DNA from: a virus
Length of the DNA: 64,000 bases
IMG/VR virus record: IMGVR_UViG_3300017783_000010
Span: 5,724 to 69,723 of that record
Strand: one strand, 5' to 3'
Shown here: positions 1 to 9,893 of the stretch, piece after piece
Position numbering within the stretch: position 1 is the stretch's first letter
Layout of the letters: each line of letters begins with the position of its first letter
The notes under the pieces: model-generated
The model's input: the letters and a program-made list of their open reading frames with translations, nothing else
Told to the model about the DNA's origin: nothing
Databases searched by the model: none
Position numbers and translations under genes: made by a program

Positions 1-49
1 TTCTAGCTACTTAGCTAGTACTATAACATTTAATCAGAATTATAGGTTT

Positions 50-3000
50 TTGGCAGAAGTATTAGATACCCAAGTCCATTACACAGGCTTAGGAAGTAAC
101 ACCGATAAGGTAGGTTTCTTAATAACGAATGGAATGGGTTTAATACCTGATAACTCAAAAAATATCATTAAAGTAGATGATGTAGGATTTATTGGTCAAG
201 ACTATGCTATTGATTTGTCAGCGGTAGATATTTCTAACCTTAGAGTAAGTTTAGGAGATAACTCGTATCAGTCAATAGGGCAGAAAGCGGTTAAAGCGCC
301 TTTAAATGGTAACTACTCTGAGCTGCCTTTTAGTAATCATGTAATGCAAGTTCCAGAGGTAGATGTAGTAGTTGATACATTAAAGAAGAAAATTGCTTTA
401 CACGAAGGTGTAGGTGGTAATGTAATAAACACTTATGATGTTAATGAATTGAGTTCAGACTTAAAGCCTAATTCACTTGATATTATAATAAATAAAAGCA
501 ATAAAATACAACTTAGAGATTTAACATTTGGCAATATTTATATTAACGGTGTTGTAGCAGGAAATAATTTAAACTCAGCAAATGATAGTTTAATTGCAGC
601 TTTTAATATGAATTTGATTCAGTACAAAGATTTCTTAGTATCTGAAGTTGGAATAAATGGTGATGCAAGTTCTGGGGGTTCTCTACCTGCTCAAGTTAAC
701 AATTGGTATATTGCTTATGGAGCAAGAGCTACTGAACAAATAACAAGTGCTGGTATTGTGGCTGATATTAAAGACCAACAACCATTTTACAACGGAGATT
801 TCTTAGAGAAAGGTCATGAGTATGTTTGGAGTCATTATGACAATGCTGATTACATGATAGGTATTTATAGTGGGGCTGAAGAAAAGAAAAATGAACAAGA
901 CGCTGTAAATCCTATTAACTGGGAAGTTGGGTTTTTCTTTGATGAAAACAATGATAACTTTAATCCTAATTTTAGTTCAGGGTGTGATTTAGCCTCTAGG
1001 TATTCAACTGGATATGCTATGAATAGCAATAAAGTTTTAGCCCTAAGATATGGTAACGATAATTATTTGTATCTATTAGACATAACTGGTGGCAGTGAAG
1101 TAATTATAGCTAAGTCTAATTTAACTTTGATAGGTGACACTCAAACTATATTCTTTGCAGGTGAAAATCAACCTAACGCACAGTTCCCTGTAATGCAAGA
1201 AAGAACTGAAAGATGGACTATTGTAGCTGATTATGATGGTTCTGAAAATGGAGAATGGGTTAATGGTATAGAAAATCAAACAGTAATAAAGTCTAATATG
1301 TCTATAAGCTCTGGAGAGAAGTTTGTGTGGACACTACCTGCTGTTGGGGTAAATAGAAGCTATGGTATTGGATATATAGGAGCGTCAACTGGTCAAGGAA
1401 ATGTGGTTGAAAATTTTACGGCTAGATGGAGATGGGATGCTCAAGAACTAATACAATATGCCACTACAAATGGTTGGACTTTTAATACTGAAAACACTTA
1501 CTATGATTCAATAAATAGCAGATGGAATTTAACGACAGGTCAACCAGTACAAGTTTCTTATAGACATACAGATTCTAATGTATTAAAAATGTTTGATGAA
1601 ACTCATGGTGAGTTAATAATGACATTAGATGCTAGTACAAATGGTACACCTATACACTTGTATTTTGGTGCAAATGCTTACGCTTCTGACTTATCTCAAA
1701 TACCAGTATTAAGTAAATACAACATGGTTGATAGTGACGAGGGTACAAATGTAACAGGCTGGTATTATATTGAGTCTCCTGACGGAAACTTTGAATACCC
1801 CTTATTTGCAACTGAAGCAGAAGCTAATTATATTGATGGTGTAGAAGGAGGTTCTAATACTTCAAGTACACAAACCTATGTAGATGATTTGTCTGGAACT
1901 ACTTGGTACAAACCTACTACTAATTTTGTAGATAATGGAACTGTAGCCCCTCAACATGGTATTTATGGTAATTCTATAAATGTTCTATGGAATGAAATAG
2001 CTACAGGTGAAGACTCTAATTATACTCCTACATTTAATGATATCACTTACACAATTCAAGAAGGTGGAGCAGTAAATATTCAATATAAAGGACAGGGAGA
2101 TACTAATATTTATAATGTAACTAACATACCTAGTGGATATGCAGATACTGGTTTTTCTATTGTAGGAACTGCTGAAACTATTACTGACGGTGTAGATATT
2201 CAACACGTTATAAATGTAACTAAAGCTAATGACTTTGGTAGTGATACTGGAACAATTACTCTAAACGTGACTGATGACCCTACTAATAATGTTACACCAA
2301 ACTTAACATCTTGGACAAAAGCAATAGATTTCAGTGGCTCTAATGAACACTTAAAACAAGTTAGTACTTCAACTTCTGCAAACCCTTTACGAATGAGTGG
2401 ATTAAGTTCTACTGTGTCGGCTAATTCTAACTCAAGTAAAACATCTAGTAGTTCTTCTGCGAGACCATGGGCTACTGCCATTGTGTTTAAACCCGATGGT
2501 AATAACTCTAATCAACACATTTGGAATACTGGGGAAGGAACAAGTTCTACTAATGACAATATTTATTTAAGATTAGACGCAAGTGGAAACCTATACTTTG
2601 GTTGGGGACGACAAGGTTCTTTGAATGAGTGTGTCATTGGAGCAGGTTTTAGCAGCAGTTCTGCAACTAGTCAGTATTGGGGTGTTTATATAGCACACAA
2701 AGGAACTAGACTAAGTGGCTCTAACGCTACTGCCTCTAATCTCGCTGACTGTTTTGATATTCGCATTATGTACTACGCAGGAGGTAGTTGGGTATTCGCA
2801 GGTGTTGATGGTAATTTTGCTGATTCTGTAGGTAATAGAAGCACTGCAACCAACTGGGGTCGAAGCGGTAGCTCAACAGGGGGTAGAATGGATAGAAGTG
2901 TAAATGGAGATTTTACTATTGGAGGTAGAGGCGGTAATAGAAACTTTCACGGTAAAGTAGCTAGTATGGTTATAGCTACATTAAGGACAGATTTTGCTAT

Positions 3001-3301
3001 GCCTGATAGTACTGAAATCAAATTAATGATTACTGACCCTAAGAAATGGGAAGATGATTATAGAGTAGGTAATTTTGTAAGGTGGGTAAATAGTACTTCA
3101 TTTTCTAGCTATACACCATCTAATATAAATATTGGTTACGGTGCGGTTCAGATGTGGCTAATGGGAGATGGTACTAATGATTCATTTGGGAATGGTATTA
3201 GGAATCAAGTTTACCCTTCTGACCAAAACTATACTAAGCTACAATTAAATAGTATGCAGTCTAATGATATTGTAAATGTAAATATAACTGGATTAAGCTG
3301 A
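50..3301 (+). CDS. Large virion structural / tail fibre-like protein with C-terminal LamG/ConA-like beta-sandwich region
   Basis: 1083-aa ORF rich in N/G/S/T; C-terminal KAIDFSGSNEHL...FTIGGRGGNRNFHGKVA pattern typical of LamG-like domains; upstream of membrane/lysis-type genes; TTG start uncertain. Confidence 0.6.
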   Translation: MAEVLDTQVHYTGLGSNTDKVGFLITNGMGLIPDNSKNIIKVDDVGFIGQDYAIDLSAVDISNLRVSLGDNSYQSIGQKAVKAPLNGNYSELPFSNHVMQVPEVDVVVDTLKKKIALHEGVGGNVINTYDVNELSSDLKPNSLDIIINKSNKIQLRDLTFGNIYINGVVAGNNLNSANDSLIAAFNMNLIQYKDFLVSEVGINGDASSGGSLPAQVNNWYIAYGARATEQITSAGIVADIKDQQPFYNGDFLEKGHEYVWSHYDNADYMIGIYSGAEEKKNEQDAVNPINWEVGFFFDENNDNFNPNFSSGCDLASRYSTGYAMNSNKVLALRYGNDNYLYLLDITGGSEVIIAKSNLTLIGDTQTIFFAGENQPNAQFPVMQERTERWTIVADYDGSENGEWVNGIENQTVIKSNMSISSGEKFVWTLPAVGVNRSYGIGYIGASTGQGNVVENFTARWRWDAQELIQYATTNGWTFNTENTYYDSINSRWNLTTGQPVQVSYRHTDSNVLKMFDETHGELIMTLDASTNGTPIHLYFGANAYASDLSQIPVLSKYNMVDSDEGTNVTGWYYIESPDGNFEYPLFATEAEANYIDGVEGGSNTSSTQTYVDDLSGTTWYKPTTNFVDNGTVAPQHGIYGNSINVLWNEIATGEDSNYTPTFNDITYTIQEGGAVNIQYKGQGDTNIYNVTNIPSGYADTGFSIVGTAETITDGVDIQHVINVTKANDFGSDTGTITLNVTDDPTNNVTPNLTSWTKAIDFSGSNEHLKQVSTSTSANPLRMSGLSSTVSANSNSSKTSSSSSARPWATAIVFKPDGNNSNQHIWNTGEGTSSTNDNIYLRLDASGNLYFGWGRQGSLNECVIGAGFSSSSATSQYWGVYIAHKGTRLSGSNATASNLADCFDIRIMYYAGGSWVFAGVDGNFADSVGNRSTATNWGRSGSSTGGRMDRSVNGDFTIGGRGGNRNFHGKVASMVIATLRTDFAMPDSTEIKLMITDPKKWEDDYRVGNFVRWVNSTSFSSYTPSNINIGYGAVQMWLMGDGTNDSFGNGIRNQVYPSDQNYTKLQLNSMQSNDIVNVNITGLS

Positions 3302-3311
3302 TAAATATAAC

Positions 3312-3352
3312 AAACTATACGCGTATTACAGTTGTAGGGGCGTATAGTTTTT
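3312..3352 (+). terminator. Probable intrinsic terminator
   Basis: aaactatacgc...gcgtatagttttt stem followed by a T run just after the stop at 3301. Confidence 0.55.
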
Positions 3353-3375
3353 GTATTTTTGTAAAAAGATAAGAA

Positions 3376-3624
3376 ATGACCTCGATAGTTTTTAAATATA
3401 TACAGTCTCATCCTGTATTAGTAAGTGCATCCTCAGCTACAACTGGATATGTGTTATCCATTGTAGAGGTATCTGAGATGGTAGCAGCTATTTTTAGAAC
3501 TACTGGTGTTATATGTGCAGCTTTTTTATCTGCCTTAACTCTAGTAGTATATTTTAATAATAATTTTTATTTTGTAAATAAGTTTCCATTTATAAAAGTC
3601 AAAAAAGATGAAGAGAAAGTTTGA
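3376..3624 (+). CDS. Small membrane protein, holin-like
   Basis: 82 aa, hydrophobic segments and charged C-terminus. Confidence 0.4.
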   Translation: MTSIVFKYIQSHPVLVSASSATTGYVLSIVEVSEMVAAIFRTTGVICAAFLSALTLVVYFNNNFYFVNKFPFIKVKKDEEKV

Positions 3625-5011
3625 TATTCAGTTGCCCGCAATTGCCCCCGAAAATGTGTTTAGTTCGCTATCACAGATTGATGATTGGAATTACCAGTAC
3701 GTAGGCACAAAGAAGTATACAAATAAGATTGAAAATAGGTGTATTGTATTTGTGTTGGATACTGCAGGCTTATTCGATCATCCTGATTTACAATCTAATA
3801 CTTATAGTAAGTATGATAAGAATTTCAGTTCTAGTAATGTTTTTGATGATTTGCATGGGCATGGCACGCATTGCGCAGGAATTATAGCGGCTGCCAACAA
3901 TGAATTTGGGACAATCGGTATTAATTCTGATACTATTGTAGTTGCAATCAAGGTATTAAATGATTTTGGTAGTGGCTCGATGGATGATGTTGCTGAGGGT
4001 ATTAGATATGTTGCTGACTTACAGTTAGATGATGCGCATAAAGGGTACAAAAAGATTATCAGTATGAGTTTAGGTTCTTCTAGTGCGTCTCCAAGAGTTG
4101 AGTCTGCCTTGAAGTATGCAAAATCAAAGGGTGTTATCTCGTTTGCTGCTGCAGGCAATGCCGGCAAAGGCTCGCAAGATACGGTAGCATATCCTGCTAA
4201 GTATGATAATCTTTGTATTGCAGTTGCCAGTCTTGATCAAGGAGAGAAATCTGCAAGCTATAGCTCGCAAGGTACTAGTGTTGATATTTCTACAGGAGGT
4301 AGCAGAATCTACTCTACTTACAAAAATAAATCTTATGCTAGATTATCAGGAACCTCGATGGCTTGTCCTGCAGTTGCAGGCTTGGCTGCCTTGATTATCT
4401 CATACTTTCCAGAGGTAACATGGAACCAAGTGTCAATGGAAACATTCTTGAAAGAGAATGCTAAAGATTTAGGTACAAAGGGTATTGACCCAATATTCGG
4501 GGCAGGCTCTATCATAGCAGATAACTACCTAGAAAAAGCTCCAAAGAATGACTTTAAGCCTTTACCTCAAAATAGATACTCTCCGTATGACCCTGCTGTA
4601 GGGATTAAGACTGTTAATCTGATAGTAGATATTGATGCCTCAATTATGTCAAGAGAGATTGCTGTGAAAGAAGGTAATTATAAAATGCCTTTTGAGGACT
4701 TTAGAGGACGTAAGGTAGCTATTTCTATAGATTGTGAGGTAGATGTATCTCGAAATGCTAATTATAGCTTAGATGTCATTAAAAGGCTTTCTCAATCTTA
4801 TGCTGATCTAGCGTCTGGTATTTATATTGGAGAACTAGATGCAAAGATGTTATCAGATTTTGAAGATTCGGATTATACGGTACATATCTGTGATGGATAT
4901 GCAAGTTTTGTCGATATAGCAGATAAAATAGCAGATATCTTGAAAATGAATAAGACTATGAAAATCTTAGGTATTACCTTTGATTTTGATAACTTTATAG
5001 TTGCAATTTAA
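3608..5011 (+). CDS. Subtilisin-like serine protease (peptidase S8) with C-terminal extension
   Basis: Catalytic motifs VLDTAG, HGHGTHCAG, AAAGN, SGTSMACP. Confidence 0.92.
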   Translation: MKRKFDIQLPAIAPENVFSSLSQIDDWNYQYVGTKKYTNKIENRCIVFVLDTAGLFDHPDLQSNTYSKYDKNFSSSNVFDDLHGHGTHCAGIIAAANNEFGTIGINSDTIVVAIKVLNDFGSGSMDDVAEGIRYVADLQLDDAHKGYKKIISMSLGSSSASPRVESALKYAKSKGVISFAAAGNAGKGSQDTVAYPAKYDNLCIAVASLDQGEKSASYSSQGTSVDISTGGSRIYSTYKNKSYARLSGTSMACPAVAGLAALIISYFPEVTWNQVSMETFLKENAKDLGTKGIDPIFGAGSIIADNYLEKAPKNDFKPLPQNRYSPYDPAVGIKTVNLIVDIDASIMSREIAVKEGNYKMPFEDFRGRKVAISIDCEVDVSRNANYSLDVIKRLSQSYADLASGIYIGELDAKMLSDFEDSDYTVHICDGYASFVDIADKIADILKMNKTMKILGITFDFDNFIVAI

Positions 5012-5034
5012 TTTTTTAACTTAAAAACAATAGA

Positions 5035-5226
5035 ATGAAAATTTTGCAAAAGGATCGTAATACCACAATTTTTGGTATCTTAGGATTTGTATCGCTACTA
5101 GCAGAACAAATCTCATATCTTTTCGACTCGGTAGATGCTACCAACCCAGATTACGGTATGCTAGTATCAGCATTGTTTGTACTGCTTGGATTCGCTTCTG
5201 CGAAGGATGGAGGAAGTGCTGAATAA
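5035..5226 (+). CDS. Two-TM holin-like protein
   Basis: 63 aa, NTTIFGILG...LLGFASAKD with two hydrophobic helices. Confidence 0.55.
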   Translation: MKILQKDRNTTIFGILGFVSLLAEQISYLFDSVDATNPDYGMLVSALFVLLGFASAKDGGSAE

Positions 5227-5232
5227 TTAGAA

Positions 5233-5263
5233 AGAGGATTGCTCGCATTGCAAGCAATCCTCT
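5233..5263. terminator. Hairpin between convergent genes built around a TGCnnGCA-pair motif
   Basis: agaggattgctcgcattgcaagcaatcctct inverted repeat. Confidence 0.55.
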
Positions 5264-5281
5264 TATTCTTGCTCGTTAGCC

Positions 5282-5452
5282 TTAATTTTCTATGTGGTTA
5301 AAAATTAACTTGCAAATCCAAGCATTTTCAAACTCATACATACCACATACTAACCCTGCTTCTTCTTCTGTGTTGTAGTATATAATTTTTCCGTTTTTAT
5401 CTTTCATATAGTCCATATTTCTAAGGTCTATAATTACATATTTATCTTTCAT
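5282..5452 (-). CDS. Hypothetical protein (56 aa, not in ORF track)
   Basis: Manual translation MKDKYVIIDLRNMDYMKDKNGKIIYYNTEEEAGLVCGMYEFENAWICKLIFNHIEN*; co-oriented with neighbours. Confidence 0.6.
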   Translation of the reverse strand: MKDKYVIIDLRNMDYMKDKNGKIIYYNTEEEAGLVCGMYEFENAWICKLIFNHIEN

Positions 5453-5496
5453 ATTACTGTCCGTTATATGTAATTTAATGTTCTTTCGTTACATGA

Positions 5497-5877
5497 TTAG
5501 TATAATCCCGACTCATACGTACAAATATAATCTTGTAATAAATATTTAAAAGAGTTAACTTCATTAATATCCGAGGTATTGATAGCTTTCCAAAAGCTGT
5601 AGATAAGGTTTAGATCATGTCTGCCTGTCATATCATTTAATATAGCAAACCCTAGTATCGGATAGAAACTACGTTTTTCCTTAAAATGTGGAGTCAAAGC
5701 ACTAGCGTAGTGCAAGGCTTTCTCCAAGTCTTCCTTACCGTTTTTATAAGGATGCCTGATCAAATACTTGAAAAGATTGCCTTCATTAAATGACAGATTG
5801 TTATCATTAATGAAAACCACAGGCTGATACTGCATCTGATAATGTGTTCCTCCGATTTGTTTTTTAGTATCCATCAT
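5497..5877 (-). CDS. DUF3310-like phage protein
   Basis: QIGGTHY...FNEGNLFKYLIRHPYKNGKEDLEKALHY signature. Confidence 0.8.
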   Translation of the reverse strand: MMDTKKQIGGTHYQMQYQPVVFINDNNLSFNEGNLFKYLIRHPYKNGKEDLEKALHYASALTPHFKEKRSFYPILGFAILNDMTGRHDLNLIYSFWKAINTSDINEVNSFKYLLQDYICTYESGLY

Positions 5878-6007
5878 TATTATTTTTGATTCGTAGGCAA
5901 GATAAGGAATTATTTTGAAAGATGCAATAGATAAATAAAAAAAAATATTGCTCGCAATGCGGGCAATATTCGATAAGAAACAACAACTATATAAATAAAC
6001 TTATGTT

Positions 6008-6580
6008 TTAGGCATCTATCATATTATAAAAGGATTTATAGGCCTTTGCAGTCAAGTTGATAGACTTAACAGCTACCTTCTCAGTATCCTCATATATAAG
6101 AGGATACTTATCTGAGAACTTTTTGATATCTCGTATAGACATCTTAGGAATAAAAACGATAAACAAGTGGGCTTCTCCTAATCTATTCTCTCTCACCCAT
6201 AATAGCCCTACTTGTTTAGTCACTGATGAAGCTCTCTCAGCATCTCTCTGGCTTTGCTCCCAAAACCTCTGAACTTGCGCTAATATTTTGGTTAGCTTAC
6301 CCTCTGCCTCATCATAATGTCTTTTCAGACCTAAGTCTTTATAATGTTTAACTTCAATCTGAAATGGGAACTTCTGTCTAAAATCCGCATTAGTGCAGAC
6401 AACATCCCCACAAATTAGAGGCTGTATTGTTTTTGATACATACCTTAGGCCGCCAGATGCGGGCACTCTAACAAACTCTTCACCAGTCCACTCCTCTAAT
6501 ATTGAACAGACTTTTCTTTCTGCATTCTGGCCTTTTTTTCTACTATTTCTTCTCTGCATAAAAAAAATGTTACACCTCAA
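6008..6580 (-). CDS. Holliday junction resolvase (PD-(D/E)XK)
   Basis: SRKKGQNAER...RVPASGG...GDV...IEVKHY motifs. Confidence 0.8.
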   Translation of the reverse strand: MRCNIFFMQRRNSRKKGQNAERKVCSILEEWTGEEFVRVPASGGLRYVSKTIQPLICGDVVCTNADFRQKFPFQIEVKHYKDLGLKRHYDEAEGKLTKILAQVQRFWEQSQRDAERASSVTKQVGLLWVRENRLGEAHLFIVFIPKMSIRDIKKFSDKYPLIYEDTEKVAVKSINLTAKAYKSFYNMIDA

Positions 6581-7036
6581 TGATACTCTGAATACTAAGA
6601 TAAAAAATTGTGGTATTAGGTATCTTTAGAGATGCAACATTAATCTAACCATATTCGCTAACCTCTGACCAACGTACCATAAACCTTTCAAGAACAAATA
6701 TAAGCTATTTTCTGCCTCTTGTCAAGTTTTAGGTCAAGTTTTTTTTATATTTTTTTTTTATTTTGCATTATAATAATAAAAATATGTTAAAATTTTTAAA
6801 TGGTCTTGACTTTAGGAAAAAAAAGCTGTAACTTTGCCATGCTTACATAGCATACAAGCAAGCAGCTTTCAACAAATGCAACGCAAGCACTTAATCAGAA
6901 TGTCTTTAAGAAAAGAATAAAAAAATTCTTCTCTCCACAAAGATAAATAGCCGCACCCTATCTCACAGCAAATGGCTGTTAAGGAAGGCTCCTTAAAATC
7001 CTCTAGTTAGGTAATTAATAGAATATTTTTTTTAAA

Positions 7037-7102
7037 AAGTCAAGGTATTATAATAGTAAGCTAATGCTATATTGCATGACTAGAAAATTATAATAATTCC
7101 GT
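7037..7102 (+). repeat. 66-bp element, perfect inverted copy at 37475-37540
   Basis: aagtcaagg...taattccgt is the exact reverse complement of 37475-37540; weaker similarity extends to about 6886. Confidence 0.95.
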
Positions 7103-7138
7103 CGCGCAAATTTGCATTTTTAAAAAACTATCCCTAAA

Positions 7139-7549
7139 TTGTGGCTATTACTAAATAAAAATAATATTATGATTTGGCCACAAAATTTTAAAGTAAGTAC
7201 CGAAGGGTTTTTTGAGGTATTACAAGACACTAGGTTTGATGCGCAGCCTGTGTCTATTGACATTCCTATTTATCAAATTGATAAGGAGTCAGGTAGGATA
7301 GTAAATATTTATAATCATCCTTCTGAAATAGATTTCTTATCTAAAGCTCAAATACGAGGGTTAGTAAGCTTCGATGCTGAAATAGCTATAATCTCTAAAT
7401 ATGAACTAGATAATATATCTAAAGCTCAAATACGAGGGTTAGTAAGCTTCGATGGGGATGTAGAAACTGAAAAATATTTCTACTTACATTATATGTTAGT
7501 AGCAAAAGGTAAGAGAAGACCATTTTGTAATACAAGAAATAACAAATAA
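7139..7549 (+). CDS. Hypothetical protein with internal duplication
   Basis: SKAQIRGLVSFD twice (39-bp direct repeat 7338-7376 / 7416-7454); likely start at ATG 7169. Confidence 0.55.
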   Translation: MWLLLNKNNIMIWPQNFKVSTEGFFEVLQDTRFDAQPVSIDIPIYQIDKESGRIVNIYNHPSEIDFLSKAQIRGLVSFDAEIAIISKYELDNISKAQIRGLVSFDGDVETEKYFYLHYMLVAKGKRRPFCNTRNNK

Positions 7550-7551
7550 AT

Positions 7552-8916
7552 ATGCACAAAGAATTTGAAAGGGATATTCTTCGATACCTAATTCAAGAAA
7601 ATCAAGGTGTTGAGTATATAAAGCAGATAGACTCCGATTATTTTAGCTATGAGGAGAATAAGTTTGCTTTCAGCTACATGAAGCTGTATGTAGAGCGAAA
7701 TAACTTTATCGCTCCTCGAAACTCATTATACCGATTTGTGTATGATGAGTTAGGCTTGACCGAGACCAACCTAAAAATAGATGATATTATAAAGGATATT
7801 TATAAGCCTTATGAATCGGTCAGGTCTGAGTTATTCATAACCGTAAAAGAATACCTACAAAAGCAGTCAATAATTAAGTTATTAGCTTCTATTGAGGACT
7901 TGTCTTCTTTAAGTGATGTCGATTATTCTAGGATTGCAAACAAAATATCTGCGATTGCTAAATTAGATGCTAATGAGAATTTGTATCCTGCGGACAAGTT
8001 CGTAAGAAAAGACTTTTCTGCTACAATGCCTTCTTATGAATTGAGTATTCCATCTTTTTTAGAGGGGTTAAATAGTTTAAGAACAACTGGGGGGTTTCAA
8101 AGCCCTGAGTTGTCTGTAATTGTATCAGGAGCAAAAGGTTTTAAGACTGGTATGCTACTTAATATTGCGGTTGATTATATGTTGAAGGGTATGAATATAA
8201 TCTATATAGATTGTGAGAATGGTACTGACCAGATTAATGCCCGAATAAAGCAGATTATTGCAGGCAACTGCACCCATAAAGAGTTATATGATAAGGATAT
8301 ACAAGAGAATTTGCGTAAGCGTATGCAGTTTTTATCTAGTAATTTCTTGACTGAGGCGGGAGATATTGCTATCTGTTATGTACCTAGTGGCAGTCATTTT
8401 GATGTAGTAGAGGCTAAGATTGAGGAAAAGATTAGAGATGGATTTAGGCCAGACATCATAATTTATGATTATATTGATAAGTTTACATCAGGCTCTCATA
8501 AAGGGCATGAAGACAGCCAGAAAAACTATGATCGTGCTATTGTATTGAATAATAAGTTTAATACATTTAGTTTTACGGTATCTCAGACTAACAGAGATGG
8601 CCTAGAAGCTACTACTTTGACTGCTGCTAACCTAGCGAAGGATTTTCAGAAGGTATCGAATGCTCATGCTGTATTTGCATTAAATCGTAATCGCTATGAG
8701 TTAGATAATGGGCTTGCGCATTTAACTCCGCTTGCACAGCGTGCAGGTGAGAGATATATTCAAGGGAAGAATGAGGTATTCTTAAAAATTGATGAGTCAA
8801 TACAGTTAGTAGAGGAGATTACTGACCCTGTTGAAAAGATTAGATTATATGAGGAAATATTTGATACAGTTGTAGAGCATGATATTGATTTATCAGATAA
8901 TATAGATATACTATGA
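7552..8916 (+). CDS. Replicative DnaB-like (SF4) helicase
   Basis: Walker A-like SGAKGFKT, IDCEN, Walker B IIIYDYID, SQTNR; next to primase. Confidence 0.85.
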   Translation: MHKEFERDILRYLIQENQGVEYIKQIDSDYFSYEENKFAFSYMKLYVERNNFIAPRNSLYRFVYDELGLTETNLKIDDIIKDIYKPYESVRSELFITVKEYLQKQSIIKLLASIEDLSSLSDVDYSRIANKISAIAKLDANENLYPADKFVRKDFSATMPSYELSIPSFLEGLNSLRTTGGFQSPELSVIVSGAKGFKTGMLLNIAVDYMLKGMNIIYIDCENGTDQINARIKQIIAGNCTHKELYDKDIQENLRKRMQFLSSNFLTEAGDIAICYVPSGSHFDVVEAKIEEKIRDGFRPDIIIYDYIDKFTSGSHKGHEDSQKNYDRAIVLNNKFNTFSFTVSQTNRDGLEATTLTAANLAKDFQKVSNAHAVFALNRNRYELDNGLAHLTPLAQRAGERYIQGKNEVFLKIDESIQLVEEITDPVEKIRLYEEIFDTVVEHDIDLSDNIDIL

Positions 8917-9893
8917 CAACAAAGATATTTAATTTTCTTCAAGATAAGTTACAATTCCAGTCAACGTGTACTGATTGGTACAGATTTAAGCATATAGAGT
9001 CTAAATCGTATTCTAAGAACTGTGCGTATAATCCTTCTATTGACACGGTTATAAACTTCTCTACAAAGCATGATTTTAAGTCTATGTCAGGCTTTAAGTA
9101 TGCTATGCGTTATATCACAAAGCAAGATTATAATAACACAAAAGCTATAATTTATAGCTATGAGGGGGTTGAGTTTGATAGGGATAGAGCAGCTTTATAT
9201 CGTTTAAATACTGCTAGTTATCAAGATAATTACGTAGGAAAGACTAAAAGCTACTTAAATAGTGTTTCTGAGAGTATTTTATCTAGTTCCGATATTGCTA
9301 CGGCAGCAAGGAAGTATCTTGAATCTAGGGGAATCAGCGATTACCAAGCTGATTTCTATGGATTACGTGTTGGTATCAAGGATAAGTATATTAACAGGAT
9401 AATTATACCTTTTTTTGAGGATAAAAAGATAGTATATTTTAATGCTAGAGATTTTACGAGTACTAGTCGATTAAAGTATATAAACCCTACTAAGGAGGAA
9501 GCAGATTATAGTGCTAGAAGTTGTATTTATAATATAGATTGTTTAAATACTTATGATACAATCTATGTTGTAGAGGGGGCATTTGATGCTATGATGGTAG
9601 GAAGTGATTGTATAGCTTTAGGTAGTTATACATTAAAGAGAGAGCAACTAGATAAACTAATAAATACTTCGAAAAAACATTACATATTTATCCCTGATTT
9701 TGAGGGGTATGAACAATTTAAGAAGCAAGCTAAAAAATTGTGTGTATTTCATAAAGTATCAATGTTAGATACTAGAAATCTTGGTGAGGGTGATCCTTGC
9801 TTATGGGGTAGGGATAAGGTTTTATCTTGCTCGCAATTGTCTGCCTTAGCCATCGAAAAAAAAGTTAACCAACAAAAATATTCATTTTTATGA
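8913..9893 (+). CDS. DNA primase (TOPRIM)
   Basis: YLESRGI, RIIIPF, KYINP, VVEGAFDA, DP motifs. Confidence 0.85.
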   Translation: MTTKIFNFLQDKLQFQSTCTDWYRFKHIESKSYSKNCAYNPSIDTVINFSTKHDFKSMSGFKYAMRYITKQDYNNTKAIIYSYEGVEFDRDRAALYRLNTASYQDNYVGKTKSYLNSVSESILSSSDIATAARKYLESRGISDYQADFYGLRVGIKDKYINRIIIPFFEDKKIVYFNARDFTSTSRLKYINPTKEEADYSARSCIYNIDCLNTYDTIYVVEGAFDAMMVGSDCIALGSYTLKREQLDKLINTSKKHYIFIPDFEGYEQFKKQAKKLCVFHKVSMLDTRNLGEGDPCLWGRDKVLSCSQLSALAIEKKVNQQKYSFL

